Shown here piece after piece: positions 40,359-53,930 of a DNA stretch of 64,000 nucleotides (its first letter is position 1; each line of letters opens with the position of its first letter). Source of the DNA: Octopus sinensis (taxonomy: Eukaryota); NCBI RefSeq assembly GCF_006345805.1, contig NC_042998.1:71796001-71860000 (forward strand), given 5' to 3'. A program made the position numbers and the translations under genes. The notes beneath the pieces were generated by a model, which was not told the DNA's origin, made no database searches, and worked only from the letters and a program-made list of their open reading frames with translations.

Positions 40359-40931
40359 TTGAATTCATCACTAGACGTTGTGGAGGGCAGGGAGTCTTCC
40401 CATAAGAACGACATTGTATACCTAGAGTGAAAGACTATTTGCCGTAAGACTGTTCAATTACAGAAAAAACTGTCATACACCCAAACATACGCACGCAAAC
40501 ACAAACAGCCACACACATACACACATATCATTTTAAACATTATTTTGCTCGTGCTTTACTCTTTTATTCTTTTACTTGTTTCTGTCATTTCACTGCGGCC
40601 ATGCTGGAACATCGCCTTCAATCAACCAAATTCTCTCCAGGACTAATTCTCAGTTAATAATTCTTTAACTCTGTAGTGTGCTTCGAGAAGCATTCTCCAT
40701 TTGTATCATGAGTGAAGCACTCAGATCAAAGAAGAAACGAATATAACAATTGCATGCGAGTTCCCGAACATATTCAGAAATATACACACATGTTGCATAT
40801 GGTTATGAGATGGAAATTTTGTTCTTAAGTGTTGCTAGTTCACCTCTGGCATGAAGGTTGTCGTATTTATATGTCGTTATATACTTGTCCAGACAGTACA
40901 TTATTTACATGTCCTCTTCCTGTTTGTTGTT

Positions 40932-40977
40932 AACACAACATTTCCGCTGATATACTCTCCAGCCTTCATCAGGTGTC
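40932..40977 (-). ncRNA. Hammerhead ribozyme in Penelope pLTR
   Basis: GACAC-CUGAUGA-A-GGCUG gagaguauau CAGCG-GAAAU-GUU-GUGUU. Stem I GACAC/GUGUU. Confidence 0.75.
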
Positions 40978-41025
40978 TTGGGGAAATTTCGAACTTGGTT
41001 TCGCATTCCTAAGGTATTTTTTTAT

Positions 41026-41086
<61 letters not shown>

Positions 41087-41754
41087 TTCAGGTCACTGCC
41101 TGAAATAGCGCTCGGAAACTTGGAGTTAGTAGCCCGGAGTGAATTTTAGGGCTCATAACTCTAATATTTTCCTACCCTTCATTAATACCGGTTCCCATAT
41201 GCTATTCATATCTGCACTCGGTGTGCTTAGGATGTTGCTATGTCCTAGCATATATGCTGCTACTTTTAGTTTTCGTATTTTCATGTGGGGTGACGTTAAA
41301 ATAATAGACACGATCAGCTATACTCGATTTATCAATATCTCCTCGTGTCACAGCTTTGCGATGTTCCTCTATCTTTATTTTGAGGGAGCGTCATGTTTCG
41401 CCTTTGTATAACCTATCACAGCTTCATGGGATGGAGTACACGCAGTTTTTTGGTCATATCCTCTTCTATGGTTGGTTTTACCAGGAGATATTTGCGAAGT
41501 ATTGTATTAATCTTGAATGCTGTCCTGATGTCATATAGGCCGCATATCTTTTGTAACTTTCCGGAGAGGTCTTTCACATAAGGTAGACAAACTGTAGACA
41601 GTTTATTGACTTCATCCTCCCTTTTCTTCATACGTTTCCGAGTTCGATTCCAGGCAGTGACCTGAATAATAATAACAACAACATCAACAACAACAATAAC
41701 AATAACATCGAAAATTACCTTAGGAATGAGAACACAGGTTCAAAATTTCTCCAA

Positions 41755-41800
41755 GACACCTGATGATGGCTGGAGAGTATATCAGCCGAAAACATGTGTA
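41755..41800 (+). ncRNA. Hammerhead ribozyme in inverted pLTR, cleavage triplet mutated
   Basis: GACAC-CUGAUGA-U-GGCUG gagaguauau CAGCC-GAAA-ACAU-GUGUA. Perfect stem II, but NUH is lost. Confidence 0.7.
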
Positions 41801-43116
41801 AACAACAATCAAGATGAGGACAAATATCCGTGAAGTGTAAATAATGTAAATAGTGTACATAATTCCTCATCTCTTACATATAGAACTGTTGTCCAGAGAG
41901 ATTTAGCACGCTTATCGCGAAGATCATTTAAAGCGTTACGATACCCTGGTTGGTATGAGACATAGTTTATCCTACAGTAAATTATTTAACGTGCACTATC
42001 ACAGTTTCTAAATTGGGGAGGATGATCGGGTGAAGAATTCTCAGTTGGTTCAATAGCCATAGAAAAGTCTTCCCACTATGTTACGGAGCTCGCTTTATGG
42101 CCTGTAGACTTACGGCAGACACAAATTTACTGACATAGAGAGCATTGTAAATTACAGTTGCTGTTTGTGCTCTCGTGTGACATAAAAAATACCAAGTAGA
42201 AATCGTAGATACAAAACCGTAGTCCCTTGCGTGAACGAGTCATTGTGATTCTAGTATCGGTCGATAGCACCAAAATTCAGTCATTTATTCGCGATGTAAG
42301 CTTATTTTTTATCATGCTAACAAGAGTTTGCTTTACAGAGGTCTGTGTCGCTATATCAGAAATCTAATGTCACTTTGTTCCATTCGAAATTTGTCAGTCA
42401 TTTCTTTCAGATCTTTTCCGAATAGAAATGAAAACTGACGTATTTTTCTCAGTACTGATTTAAACATTAGAATTGTTAATATACGTGATTAATACTGTAA
42501 TTAGATTTTACATTTATCTTTAATTCAAATTAGCTTTTCACTCTCCTTTAACTACAATTCAATACTGACAAAGGAAATTAAGCATACACATGTACACAAA
42601 CTTACACAAACTAAATCCTCACATTAACTGCAAATAATATATAAATATAAGGCTGTCAATTTTCTTTCATCTAACATTTTGTTAGATATACGCTGCACAA
42701 GTCTACTGAAATTATTTAGTGAAAAGGATATTCTACAAAGGATATTGTGAAAGTAAAAATCTCCCCCCACAAAAAAACCCCAGAAAATAAATAAAGAAAA
42801 TAACATTAGCAGAAATCAACATACGAAGTTGAATATTTATAAACAATGTTTATATCCCACTCAATAACGTACTATTACTGTATTCACTGACTAATTATGT
42901 GTTTGTGAAGAGGACCCCAAAATTAATAGAATCAAACAATTGAGACAGCTGAGGTACAATTAACTCTAAATTGATGATATTGCGTACGATTGATATGAGT
43001 TGCAACACTGTTATATATCCAAATACTTCTTTTTGACCTATTCGGCCGTGTGGTATAAATCAAGTAACGCATATAAACTTGGGTTACTATATAACGCACA
43101 AACGCACACGCACACA

Positions 43117-43186
<70 letters not shown>

Positions 43187-43192
43187 CCTATG

Positions 43193-43273
<81 letters not shown>

Positions 43274-43677
43274 AATGAACTACAATTATGTTATAATTTC
43301 TTGTTCATTTGCCATTTATATTTAATTATTATCTCTCCCTGTGCACGACTAACGCTTCATTCTGAAGTATACGTATACCACAGAGTTCAAAGTCAACCTG
43401 AACTCTGCGTGTTTTAGCTCCGTTAACATAGCACCAGTTCCGATACTATTTGATCAGCCTTTGTATTGGGTACTGCCACGCGGTTATTAATAGTAAAATA
43501 TGTATATGCATATATTCTTTTGTTTTCGATTTGCAAGATTGTTGATGAGAAAGCCTGTTAAATTGTAATTTGTTGTATCGTGGGAGAATATGTTAATAAA
43601 TAAAGAAACACTGATTCTATTTCACTTCTGGTATTATTAGAGGGATAGTTAAAAATTTAAACAGTTATATTATAATA

Positions 43678-46290
43678 ATAGCTGATGCACCCGTCCTTTG
43701 GGCGTTGTAATTTATTATTAATTTAAATTAGCTCGCAGTTAGAAATCGCTTCAAGCTGATAAGGGTAAAATTTATAATTACCATTTTCGTTATCATTTTA
43801 TGCTATGGCATTAAGCAACGTAGGTAATGAATAAATATTTTGAATACAGATTTGGCAGTTAGTAATAAATGAACGTCTATGAAATGAGATCGAAATTTCA
43901 GTAGGCATTAGGGATCCTATATCTTACTTGAAGCGTTTTGTATCATGCACCTATTTTTCTCGTAATGCCTGACACAACCGCATTGAAGATTTTTTCTTTT
44001 ATCATGTATGATAAAGAAAAGCAAATATTTATAACAAATACACAAATAAAATAATGATATATAAAAAATAAATGTCAGAGAATGCTTATGAGCGAACAGC
44101 GTGAAGTAAGAAGGATCATTTAAGGTAATGTACTGTTAAAAGCAATCTGGGAAATGGGGCAAAGTAGAAATGAAATGCTTGCAGGAAATCTGATTAGTAA
44201 CAGCTACTGTTTGGCGTATATGTGAAGATTGCAGTAGAGGAACAACTACCGTAGAGTGGCTTTGTAGACGGCATATTAGTTTTCCCTTCAAGGAGCATAG
44301 ATGAATATGTTGTATGGATGGTCAACTCTGGAACAACCGACGTCGAACTGTCCATGTGAAAAGCACGATGTTCGAAGGTCCAATCTGACAACTTTCAATG
44401 TCTGAACATGTGCTTTGTTAATTGTCATGGTGAAGCTGAATTTGAGAGGGAACCGAAGTCTCTGCATTGGGTAGGAGCAGTCTGTTGGGACTTAGCAGTA
44501 TTTTCGAACTGACAACGGTATCGTTTTTGCCGTGGCCCGTTATAATTCGGGCTTCATTGACGTCATCCATCATTTGTTTGACCATAAGGCGAGTTCCATT
44601 GCATAGTGAGACTGCGTTTAAATTACTTAGGAGGATGACAGGTCAACCAACGTTTAAATGAAGTTCATGGGGATGGAGTCCTGGGGGATCTTGGGAGGTG
44701 AGCAATTATGTAGGAAAGTGTGTAAACTGACCGAGGTCAATAACGATGTCAACTTATCTCTAACAACGTTCTTGGGAAGGTAGCTGACGGATTAAGTTGT
44801 TGTTAAGAATGGTGACAGCTGCATTTGTAGGTGCAAGAACAGTACTGTCGCGAAGCCAATCAGATTTTATGTATTCCGTTGTAAGATTTGGGTAAACAGC
44901 AGAACATAAGTTATCAGGGCTTGAGACAGTGTGGCTAATGGCGGCAGTGTCAACGTATCTGTTGTCGGTGGACTTAATTTGTCCATTGTCGATTTGAAAG
45001 AGCATTTCTAAAAACTAGGTTGTAGCTTGACCAGTCTGTAGGAGTGAGCTCATGTTGATGGTAAGTTGTTTCGATTGCACATGCGACCGAAGGAGGAACT
45101 TTTTAAAGCAGGCATTAAGTTCATCAGCGGGTGTTCCTTTCGGTATAGTAGACAGGGAAATACATAGGTCGAGTTTATTGAAAATCTGCAAGAAGTAGAG
45201 TCGCATCTCGTAGGATTTTGTTGCTCGAATAACGGTGTCTCATTGTGATGTCAAGTGGTTATAGGAAATATTTATAGTACAAAGTTGCTTCATCACCAGC
45301 AATGAGTTTGCACTTTTTCAAAATTATTGCTTCGTCCGAGGAATGCATTATGTGGTACGTTGGGTTTCTGGTTGTGCTACATTAAAATACAACTTTAAGA
45401 TAGAGAATGCTGTTCGTCTGCCATCGATGAGAGTCAAGACTCTTCTGGAGGAGTCAACAGCAAGGTTACTATTATATCGCAATTTCGCAAGAAGAATATT
45501 CAGGAAGAATGTTTTTCCAATCCCACCGAATGCGTCTAAGATGATTCTGCCATTGTGTAAGTACATGTTTCCGACGGCAAAATTGTATACGTGAGTGTAA
45601 TCGAAATTCAGAAGGAAATCGTTGTCAGCAATATACTGTTTCAGTTTATGGATGTTGTAGGATGTTTGACTGAGAATGACGTGTTTGGGACATGCGTCTT
45701 AATTTTTGCCTGGAGAGTTGAACGAATAAGCGTCCAATCGTTGTCCTCCAATTGCTATAACTATGTCTTCCAGGAGAAGAAGCCCTCTGTTGTAAGTGGC
45801 AAGGGTAGTGGGAGTGTCAATGCTAACTGTGATTTGGCGAGTCTGTTGCAAAATGCCATGGCACATTGAGTCTTTGTATTTATTCCAAAGTGAATGTGCG
45901 TCTGTCAGACTGCAGAAAACGAGCATTATTACAAAAAAGGTGTTGGTGCTTGTTCGGTGAACGACACAGAGAGGCCTTTTCGAGTACATAATCTTATAGA
46001 TCATCTGTATCCGTTTAGAGCAGGTATCTTTGAAAGTGCCGCATTAGTGGCCATCCACTGTGCGAAAGTCGTCGAAGGAGGTCGGTCGTTTAATGACATG
46101 AAGTAAGAGCCACAGCTGAAAGCATTCGGAGTTCAAAGGGTGAACTGAGAAGACGCGTCCATTTGTATCACCTTTGTACACGGCTGGATCCAACTGCGTA
46201 GACCGGTCTTGGTTTCATCGTTACCACTGGGTAGGTGACTGATCCCATATATAATAATGTGGCACTTCAGCCTACAAAATAGAATTTGCG
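43678..46290 (-). mobile_element. Decayed autonomous Helitron 3' part (Rep-Hel linker, PIF1-like helicase, 3' hairpin)
   Basis: Broken frames: HPLNSECFQLWLLLHVIKRPTSFDDFRTVDG; LDAFGGIGKTF (Walker A); GTPADELNAC; VLAPTNAAV; LCNGTR; CFSHGQFDVGCSRV. Hairpin at 43688-43704, then a CTAG-like end (CTAT). Confidence 0.9.
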
Positions 46291-46751
46291 AAGTCATTGG
46301 CTTTACTTTTTCAAATAATCATTGTGCTATTAGTATGGTGATAATTTTGTTTCTGAATTTGAATGAATGAATAAGTTGCTTATACTGAGTCCTGAAATAT
46401 ACAGTCTGTCAAACCTGATCATACTATTTCAATAACATCTGATATAGTTAAGTCACATTTGTATATGCAAGAATCATTAGTTAGGATGTTTCCATTAAGA
46501 GCTCTGGAAATGTCGAGGAAGTGGGGAAATGTAAATGTTTATGATATATTAAGCTATTTAGGGATATAAGTTGTATGGAAATATGTTGCTGGATTTTTGC
46601 ATTTTTCCATTTAAATGTATTGAGTATACGTGTGTAAATTTGAATCTATATTTATATATATTTATATAATATATCACGATAGATCGTTATCTATCATGAT
46701 AGATCGTTAGCCACTACACACATATTTTTCTCTCCTTGTTTTTCTGTGTCC

Positions 46752-46787
46752 CTTTCTGTAGAAGAGCGTAAGCTCGAAACGTAAAAG
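46752..46787 (+). ncRNA. Hammerhead motif with A6-to-U core variant
   Basis: CUUU-CUGUAGA-A-GAGC guaa GCUC-GAAAC-GUA-AAAG. Perfect stems I and II, ACGU palindrome, GUA triplet. Confidence 0.6.
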
Positions 46788-47147
46788 ACTTTTTCTATTC
46801 CTGAGCGTTATACTGATACATCTGTTTGTTTTGTACACCACCTGTCTTCGTCTTTTTTTTTCGTAAACTCTCCCTATATTAATGTATGACGTTTTATTGA
46901 ATTTTAGATGTATTAGTGTTCCTTGCACCGCTTTACAATATTTTACTACTGCTCCAATGTAATGACATTTTATGTATTGTTCCGTGCTTGTTTGTTTAGG
47001 TCGTCTTCATTTCAAATGATAATATAATGGGTGACAGCTTTGTTGAATAGTTGTATATTCCAAAATATACATATTCTTCTTCTAATATTTGTTTTAGATT
47101 AAGACGGGGAGCTGGGAAAATCATTACCAAGTCACGAAAAATGTGTA

Positions 47148-47312
47148 GCGGGATTTCTTCCGACTTAACCTCTGAGGTCAAACGCCGCTGTTATCGGCTT
47201 TGCCTTCATATTTCGAGGTCGATAAAATGAGTATCAGCTGATCACTAGAATCGATGTAATCAATTTATCCCCTCCCCAAAAATGTCTGGCCCTTGTCCAA
47301 AATATGAAACCA
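47148..47312 (+). mobile_element. SINE family B, 5'-truncated and diverged
   Basis: ctttgccttcatatttcgaggtcgataaaatgagta...atcgatgtaatc...cccctcccc. Confidence 0.7.
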
Positions 47313-48372
47313 ATAATTGTGTTTGATTATTTTGATACATTTATAGTGATACATTTTATAATGCACTTTTAGTTATATCTATTGGTATAAATCTATATAA
47401 ATTAGAATACTTTTCTTATAATCTAGAGCTTTACCTCGAGTTAGTTTAGTTATATACATGTATACATACATACACACACATACATATATACACATATACA
47501 TGCAGATATATATAATAACAGGGGAAGACAGAGAGAAGGATGGAGATGGATATGTAGGTAGTCGAAAAATAAAATAAATATTAAAAAAACGCAATAGATC
47601 TGTACCAATGAAGGTGTGTGAAAAAATGTAAATAGAATCATTATAAGTGTATGTGTGTAATTCTTAAAAAGTGCAAATAATCAAACGCAAATATATGAAG
47701 GTGATCGATTGAGAAGGTAGTTTTGGAAAGGCATTAAGACTGGAAGTAGTATCACACTTATAATAATGACAGAATTTCTGCGGAAAGAAAAATAATTTGA
47801 AAAAGATTGAAATAGATTCAAAGAGGACAGATAATTTACTCATAAAAGTTTTGAAAACGAAAATATGAATAATTCTGTGCATTACCTTACACACACACAT
47901 GCACAAACACACACGCGCACACACAAAGGTGTGCGTATGTGTGTGTGTACGTGCATGCGTGTATATGTGTGTATATATCTGTGTGTCAGTGAGAGTATTG
48001 TTTATTGAAAACGGAGAGAAAATTAATGTGAAGAATAAAGAAAACATAGACTGAAGCAATTGATTCGACATTCCAAATATCTATGATACTTCCATTCATA
48101 TATTGACAACTAAAATATAGAGACTAAAGCTTCAAGCGAGAAAGACATTGTCTTTCGTGATGTATGAAGGACAGAAGTACAAAGAGGAAAATTCCATGTG
48201 AACATTTACGGTGAACTGATGTCTACAGGAATGCTAGAAGATATTTCTCTGCAATAGGAAACGTTCGGAAATTAGTAAGTATCTTAATAAGATTGCAAAA
48301 AAGAATAAATCTTGTCTATAGGTCTATAGGTTGATACCATATTTTTGGGATCGCATATATACATACATACAT

Positions 48373-48433
<61 letters not shown>

Positions 48434-48511
48434 ACTGCACGCATATATTCATGTGATATATATAAAATGATACAGAAAAGAATTTAATGATAGAGGATAG
48501 AGGAGACAGAC

Positions 48512-48548
<37 letters not shown>

Positions 48549-48563
48549 TACATAAATATATAC

Positions 48564-48595
<32 letters not shown>

Positions 48596-49040
48596 AGATA
48601 TATATGTATTATACACACATATATATATATATGTATATATATAAGTATATGCATGTATATACGTGTGTATACGTCTACATATGTATATATATAAGTATAT
48701 GCATGTATATACGTGTGTATACGTCTACATATGTATACAAACACGCATGCACACTCGCATGTTTGTGTGGAATTGTGGAAGATAAAAGGCGAGAGAATAT
48801 CTGTCTAGAAAGAGTGGTAATCAGATAATCAGATAAGTGATATAGTGATATGCCGAAAGCTATAGAATATGTCTTCTAATTTATTAGACTAAATTTTGTA
48901 GTGACTGAGTGCATAGGCTTATTAATTTTACTCTCTTTCTTTTTTTTGCGTAGAAATGTAAAATATCTTTATTCGTAAGAGGCATGTTATCAGAACTTAG
49001 CCAAACCGGAAATTAAAAATAGAAGGAATCGTATAGACAA

Positions 49041-49085
<45 letters not shown>

Positions 49086-49184
49086 CATGTGTGTGTGTGT
49101 GGGAGTGTGTATATGTGTGTATGCATAATTGCATGTATATATGGATATATGTTTGTATGTTTGTATATGTGCGTGTGTGTATGT

Positions 49185-49263
<79 letters not shown>

Positions 49264-50530
49264 AATAAAAACATATACTGAAATATATGATTCTGAATAT
49301 ATATATGTAATTACACGAACACACACATACATTCTTACAAAATACATTATTATAAATAAAATCTGCTGGTTTTAAATAATCGATGTAGTCTAATGCTTAG
49401 GATATTAAAATGTGTCACATATAATCGCAAAACACTCGCAGCTTAAAAAAAATACTTTCCAGTAAAAGTTACACATATTAATAAAATTCCAATAATCGAA
49501 GCCTAGGATGCATATATACATACCTTATTGTTTGTGTAGGTGTATATATCTATCTGCAATATTGATTGTGAAGGATTGAAATTTTAGTTCCTTTTAAGTA
49601 ATCAAATATTGTAATATTGCTGGAAAAAGTAAGTTTGAGAAAAAACATTTTCACAGCAGGTGTTCTCGTATTAGAGACGTTTCACGTTATATTGCATCAG
49701 ATATTAAATCAAGTAAACAAATATGTAAAATTTCCTTTCCAGCAGAGCTTGTTGTAAAAGAAATGAAATGGCAAAATTGAAAACACTCGAACAGATTCAC
49801 TTTCTCCCTCACTTACTATTAGGACATAAACACACATAGTGATCTACATACTAACACACATATACTCACACATATACACGCAAACATACGTATAAGCAGA
49901 CACAAGCAGACACGTGTATCTATATGATTGTATGTGTGTATATGCTTCTAGGTCTCTATGTCTTAAAAATAGAAATTTGTCTGTGTGAATGTGTCTAGGT
50001 AAGAGAATAGTAGACACTCTACTTTAACATATGCCACGAATATAAAAACACAAAGAACTCAATCAGGTGTTATTCCTTTTTTAAAATGAAATCTAAGAAT
50101 GTCACTATGCAATCGATTATGAATAAGCCAAAATTGTGGGCCCTGTATTTATATTCTAAATTTTTATTTTCTATCGGGATACACTTATATATACGTATTT
50201 CCTGTTCAATGTGTACTGTGTACCGTAGCATTTTAATGATGATTTGATATACATACAGAGTAGACAAAGATGTTTCCAGATAGCAAAATCATTTAGGTTT
50301 CGAATTCTGACATGACTGCATTTAATACTAACGCAAAATTAGTTAATTACGAAGTTGAGCTTCGGTTGGTACTAAGGTTTGATAACATAGTTGCTTTACT
50401 AACATAGAATGAATGGATCAATGCATATAGGGGAAAACATGTAACACAAAGAAACGTGGAGAGCTGCATGCCCAAGTCGTGTTATAAATAGGCACACGTG
50501 GGTGTGTATCAAGAAGCTTGCTTCCCAACC

Positions 50531-50718
50531 TGTTGTGTCGACGTCCCAAGACGATGAAGTAGACTAGCTAAATACGTAGATGTAGAGGGAGAGGTCGAGA
50601 CGTCGTCAGAATAGAGTAGACCAGAACTGAGTAGTAGAAGCATCCGAACGTACGACATAACAGTGGCAACGAGGATTTCGTGAAACAACAAGCCACTGTG
50701 TAGTATTACGACATAACA
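50531..50718. mobile_element. Solo LTR (188 bp) inserted in a family A SINE head
   Basis: Starts TGTTGTGTCG and ends CGACATAACA (9/10 inverted match, TG...CA). 5-bp TSD CAACC/CAACG. The SINE sequence resumes after it. Confidence 0.7.
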
Positions 50719-50860
50719 CAACGACATAACTTCATGTTCAATCACGCTGTATGGAACCTTGGGAAAAAATGTCTTCTGGTATAGTCGCATGGCTATATCC
50801 TTGTGGGGTGGATTTGGTAGAGGGAAACAAAAAAAGCATGTGGAATATATACATACATAC

Positions 50861-50955
<95 letters not shown>

Positions 50956-51363
50956 GGCGCAGGAGTGGCTGTGTGGTAAGTAGCTTGTTTACCAACCACA
51001 TGGTTCCGGTTCGGTTCCACTGCGTGGCACCTTGGGCAAGTGCCTTCTACTATAGTCTCGGGCCGACCAAAGCCTTGTGAGTGGATTTGGTAGACGGAAA
51101 CTGAAAGAAGCCCGTCGTATATATGTATATGTATTTATGTATGCGTGTGTGTATCTGTGTTTGTGCCCTCCCAACATCGTTTGACAACCGATGCTGGTGT
51201 GTTTATGTCCCCGTTATTTAGCGGTTCGGCAAAGTGACCGATAGAATACGTACTGGGCTTACAAAAGAATAAGACCCGGGGTCGAGTTGCTCGATTAAAG
51301 GCGGTGCCCCAGCATGGCCGCAGTCAAATGACTGAAACAAGTAAACGAGAGTAAAATAGAGTA
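50956..51363 (+). mobile_element. SINE family A, full length
   Basis: ggcgcaggagtggctgtgtgg head through gactgaaacaagtaaa...gagta tail. Confidence 0.95.
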
Positions 51364-51433
51364 AATATATATATATATATAAAGATATATATATATCTGT
51401 AAAAGTAATATGTGATAATTATTCGGTAGCCAT

Positions 51434-51494
51434 GATAAATCTCCAAGTTTCGGATGCCGAGGTAAAAATCCACGCCGCCATCTCTTCAGTTATC
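51434..51494 (-). ncRNA. Degenerate hammerhead motif with long stem II loop
   Basis: Minus strand GAUAA-CUGAAGA-GAUG...CAUC c-GAAACU UGG AG-AU-UUAUC. Stem I GAUAA/UUAUC; triplet mutated. Confidence 0.5.
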
Positions 51495-52149
51495 TGGCCA
51501 TCGAAAAAATGCTATGAAAAATGACCATTATACAAAGGGAAATTACTGTGTGATTGACCGTTATTAAGACAAAAGCGCTATATGAATGACAGCTAAATGA
51601 GGGGAGGGAGTAAAAGTAAGGGGGGGAAAGTTGATAGTATTCGCGTAAGCGAGCATGTTCATACCTACTCATGCGCGGCCGCACACCCACGTGCGTGCGC
51701 CTAAAAGTATACATTGATCCATCCTCACTTGAAAACGTACACACCCTCACACGCACCATTCGCCAAATGTATATGTATATGCATGCAAACCCCCACATAC
51801 ACACGCGCACCATAAAGGTTCATACACACGTCTATATACGCACAAGCACATGAAAAAACAGTGCTAAGGGTAACAATATAGAAAAAAGATATAAGGGTGT
51901 ATACAAAGAGTAAATCACGTCTTTATACGCCCATACCCGTAGACCATGAAGCAAATAAGCGCCTTGTGGCAAAGAAAGCAAAGATTTAAAAACGGAAACC
52001 GAAGTTCTAATGTGCTTCCCAATAGCAAGAAATAAGAACAAACTACATAAACTATAGAACAGACAGCACCTCAGAAAGTGACAAGTGCAGAATCTGTGGG
52101 CAAAACGGTGAAACTGTATAGCATATTACCAGTCAATGTACGTCACTAG

Positions 52150-52730
52150 CGTTGTTATATATAAGAGCCGCCACGATAATATAGTCAGGCTTGTCCATTG
52201 GACACTTTACAATAAATATGGACTTGACAGAGCAAAAATTGGTACGACCACAAACCGGAAGGCATTGTGGAAAAATGGAAATGCACAGATCCTATGGGAT
52301 TTTATGATTCAGTGCGACCACGGGATAGAAAATAGGAATCTGGGCATAGTCTTAATTGAGAAAGAAAACAAACGGTGCTAGATCATAGATATAGCATGTC
52401 CAGCTGACAACAAGGTATGTGATAAGAAAGAAAGAAAGTTGAGTGATATGACAGGTTAGCTTTTGAAGTTAAGCAGTTGTTTTCGATGAAAAAGCTAGCA
52501 GCAGTACCAATAATTGTCGGAGCTCTGGGAACAGGGAGCAAAAATCTCGAGAGGTACGTGTAATAAATAGGGGCTGCAATGAAGGTGGGGTAGTTGCAGA
52601 AAACAGGACTGCTTGGAACCGCTTGAATACTCCGGACGGTGCTCGAAAAATTAGAGGTGTTAACTTAGTTCGCTGGTAGTGAACAGCTGACACGGTAATA
52701 CATCTCCAGCGTCAGAAGCTCTGCAAAGGC
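52150..52730 (+). mobile_element. Older Dong/R4-like RLE 3' fragment ending in (AAT)n
   Basis: SRHDNIVRLVHW...ILWDFMIQCDH...IIDIACPAD...PIIVGALG...LQKTGLLGTA.ILR, with stops and frameshifts. Confidence 0.85.
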
Positions 52731-52764
52731 AATAATAATAATAATAATAATAACAATAATAATA

Positions 52765-52834
<70 letters not shown>

Positions 52835-52836
52835 TA

Positions 52837-53555
52837 AGTCTCCCCACCAGAAATTACCAAAAACATGTAATGAAAAGAAATATTACAAGTAACTGCAGAA
52901 TATGTGGAGATGGACAAGAAAACAATATCATATTATCTCTAGCTGCCCAGTCCTGGCTAAGAAGGAATATATTCACAGACATGACAGAGTTGGAACCTAC
53001 ATACATTGGAAGCTATGCCAACATTATGGAATAACAACAGAAAAAAGATGGTATAGGCACACACCAGAAAAGGACACAGAAAACGAGAAAGCAACCATAC
53101 TCTGGGATATGCCGATACACACAGATAGAGAAATTAAGGCCAACAGACCAGATATAGTTGTCAGAGATCATGAAGAAAAAAAATGCTTTCTAATTGATGT
53201 ATCAATACCGGCAGATGACAACGTGTCCTCTAAAAGAATGGAGAAACTCTCAAAATACAAAGACCTGGAAATAGAGGTAACTAGAATGTGGAATCTGAAA
53301 ACAGAAACAATTCCTATCATAGTAGGTGCATTAGGCATGATAAAAAAAAATTCAGACAAATACATAACAATAACACCAGGACTTACAAACACATATAACA
53401 TACAGAAATTGCACTACTAGGCACTGCACACATCCTAGGCAGAACACTTTCCATACAATAACCATCAGAGCATCACAACAAATCACAGCACATACCCAAG
53501 GCACACAGAGCTGCGCTCGGTAGTGAAGTGAAAGCACGCTATAAAAATAAAACTA

Positions 53556-53560
<5 letters not shown>
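52837..53560 (+). mobile_element. Young Dong/R4 3' fragment inserted in the (AAT)n tail of the previous element
   Basis: Near-identical to the reverse complement of 24560-25290 (HIISSCPVLAKKEYIHRHD...NRPD...KYKDL). (AAT)n on both sides. Confidence 0.95.
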
Positions 53561-53638
<78 letters not shown>

Positions 53639-53643
53639 GTATG

Positions 53644-53687
<44 letters not shown>

Positions 53688-53930
53688 TAAGAAGAAGAAA
53701 GAAGAAAAGAAGAAGAAAAGAAGAAAAGAAGAAGGGGAAAAAAAAAAAAAAAAGAAGAAGAAGAAGAAAAAGGAAGGAGAAGAAGAAGAAGAAGAAGAAG
53801 GAGAAGTAGAAGAAAAAGATGAAGAAGAAGATGAAGACGAAGATGAAGAAGAAGAAGAAGAAGAAGAAGAAGAAGGGGCAAAGAAGAAGAAGAAGAAAAA
53901 GAAGGAGAAGAAGAAGAAGAAGAAGAGAAG
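53560..53930. repeat. Compound (AAT)n-(AAG)n microsatellite
   Basis: Read directly from the sequence. Confidence 0.95.

Larger units (their letters stand above)
40860..41890 (-). mobile_element. Penelope-like element: GIY-YIG fragment plus 3' pLTR (minus) with an inverted pLTR copy (plus)
   Basis: Minus 41130-41631 reads TVCLPYVKDLSGKLQKIC...NCVYSIP.SCDRLYKGETCRSLKIKIEEHRKAV. 40890-41130 is the reverse complement of 41636-41860. Each repeat carries a hammerhead motif. Confidence 0.9.

Noticed and set aside
48121-48201. RLKLQARKTLSFVMYEGQKYKEENSM* as a terminal exon
   Set aside because: The acceptor lacks a pyrimidine tract and no homology was recognised.
48636-48737. ~50-bp tandem duplication in (TA/TG)-rich DNA; also the (CACACTGGCA)n minisatellite at 60955-61005
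   Set aside because: Ordinary slippage products.
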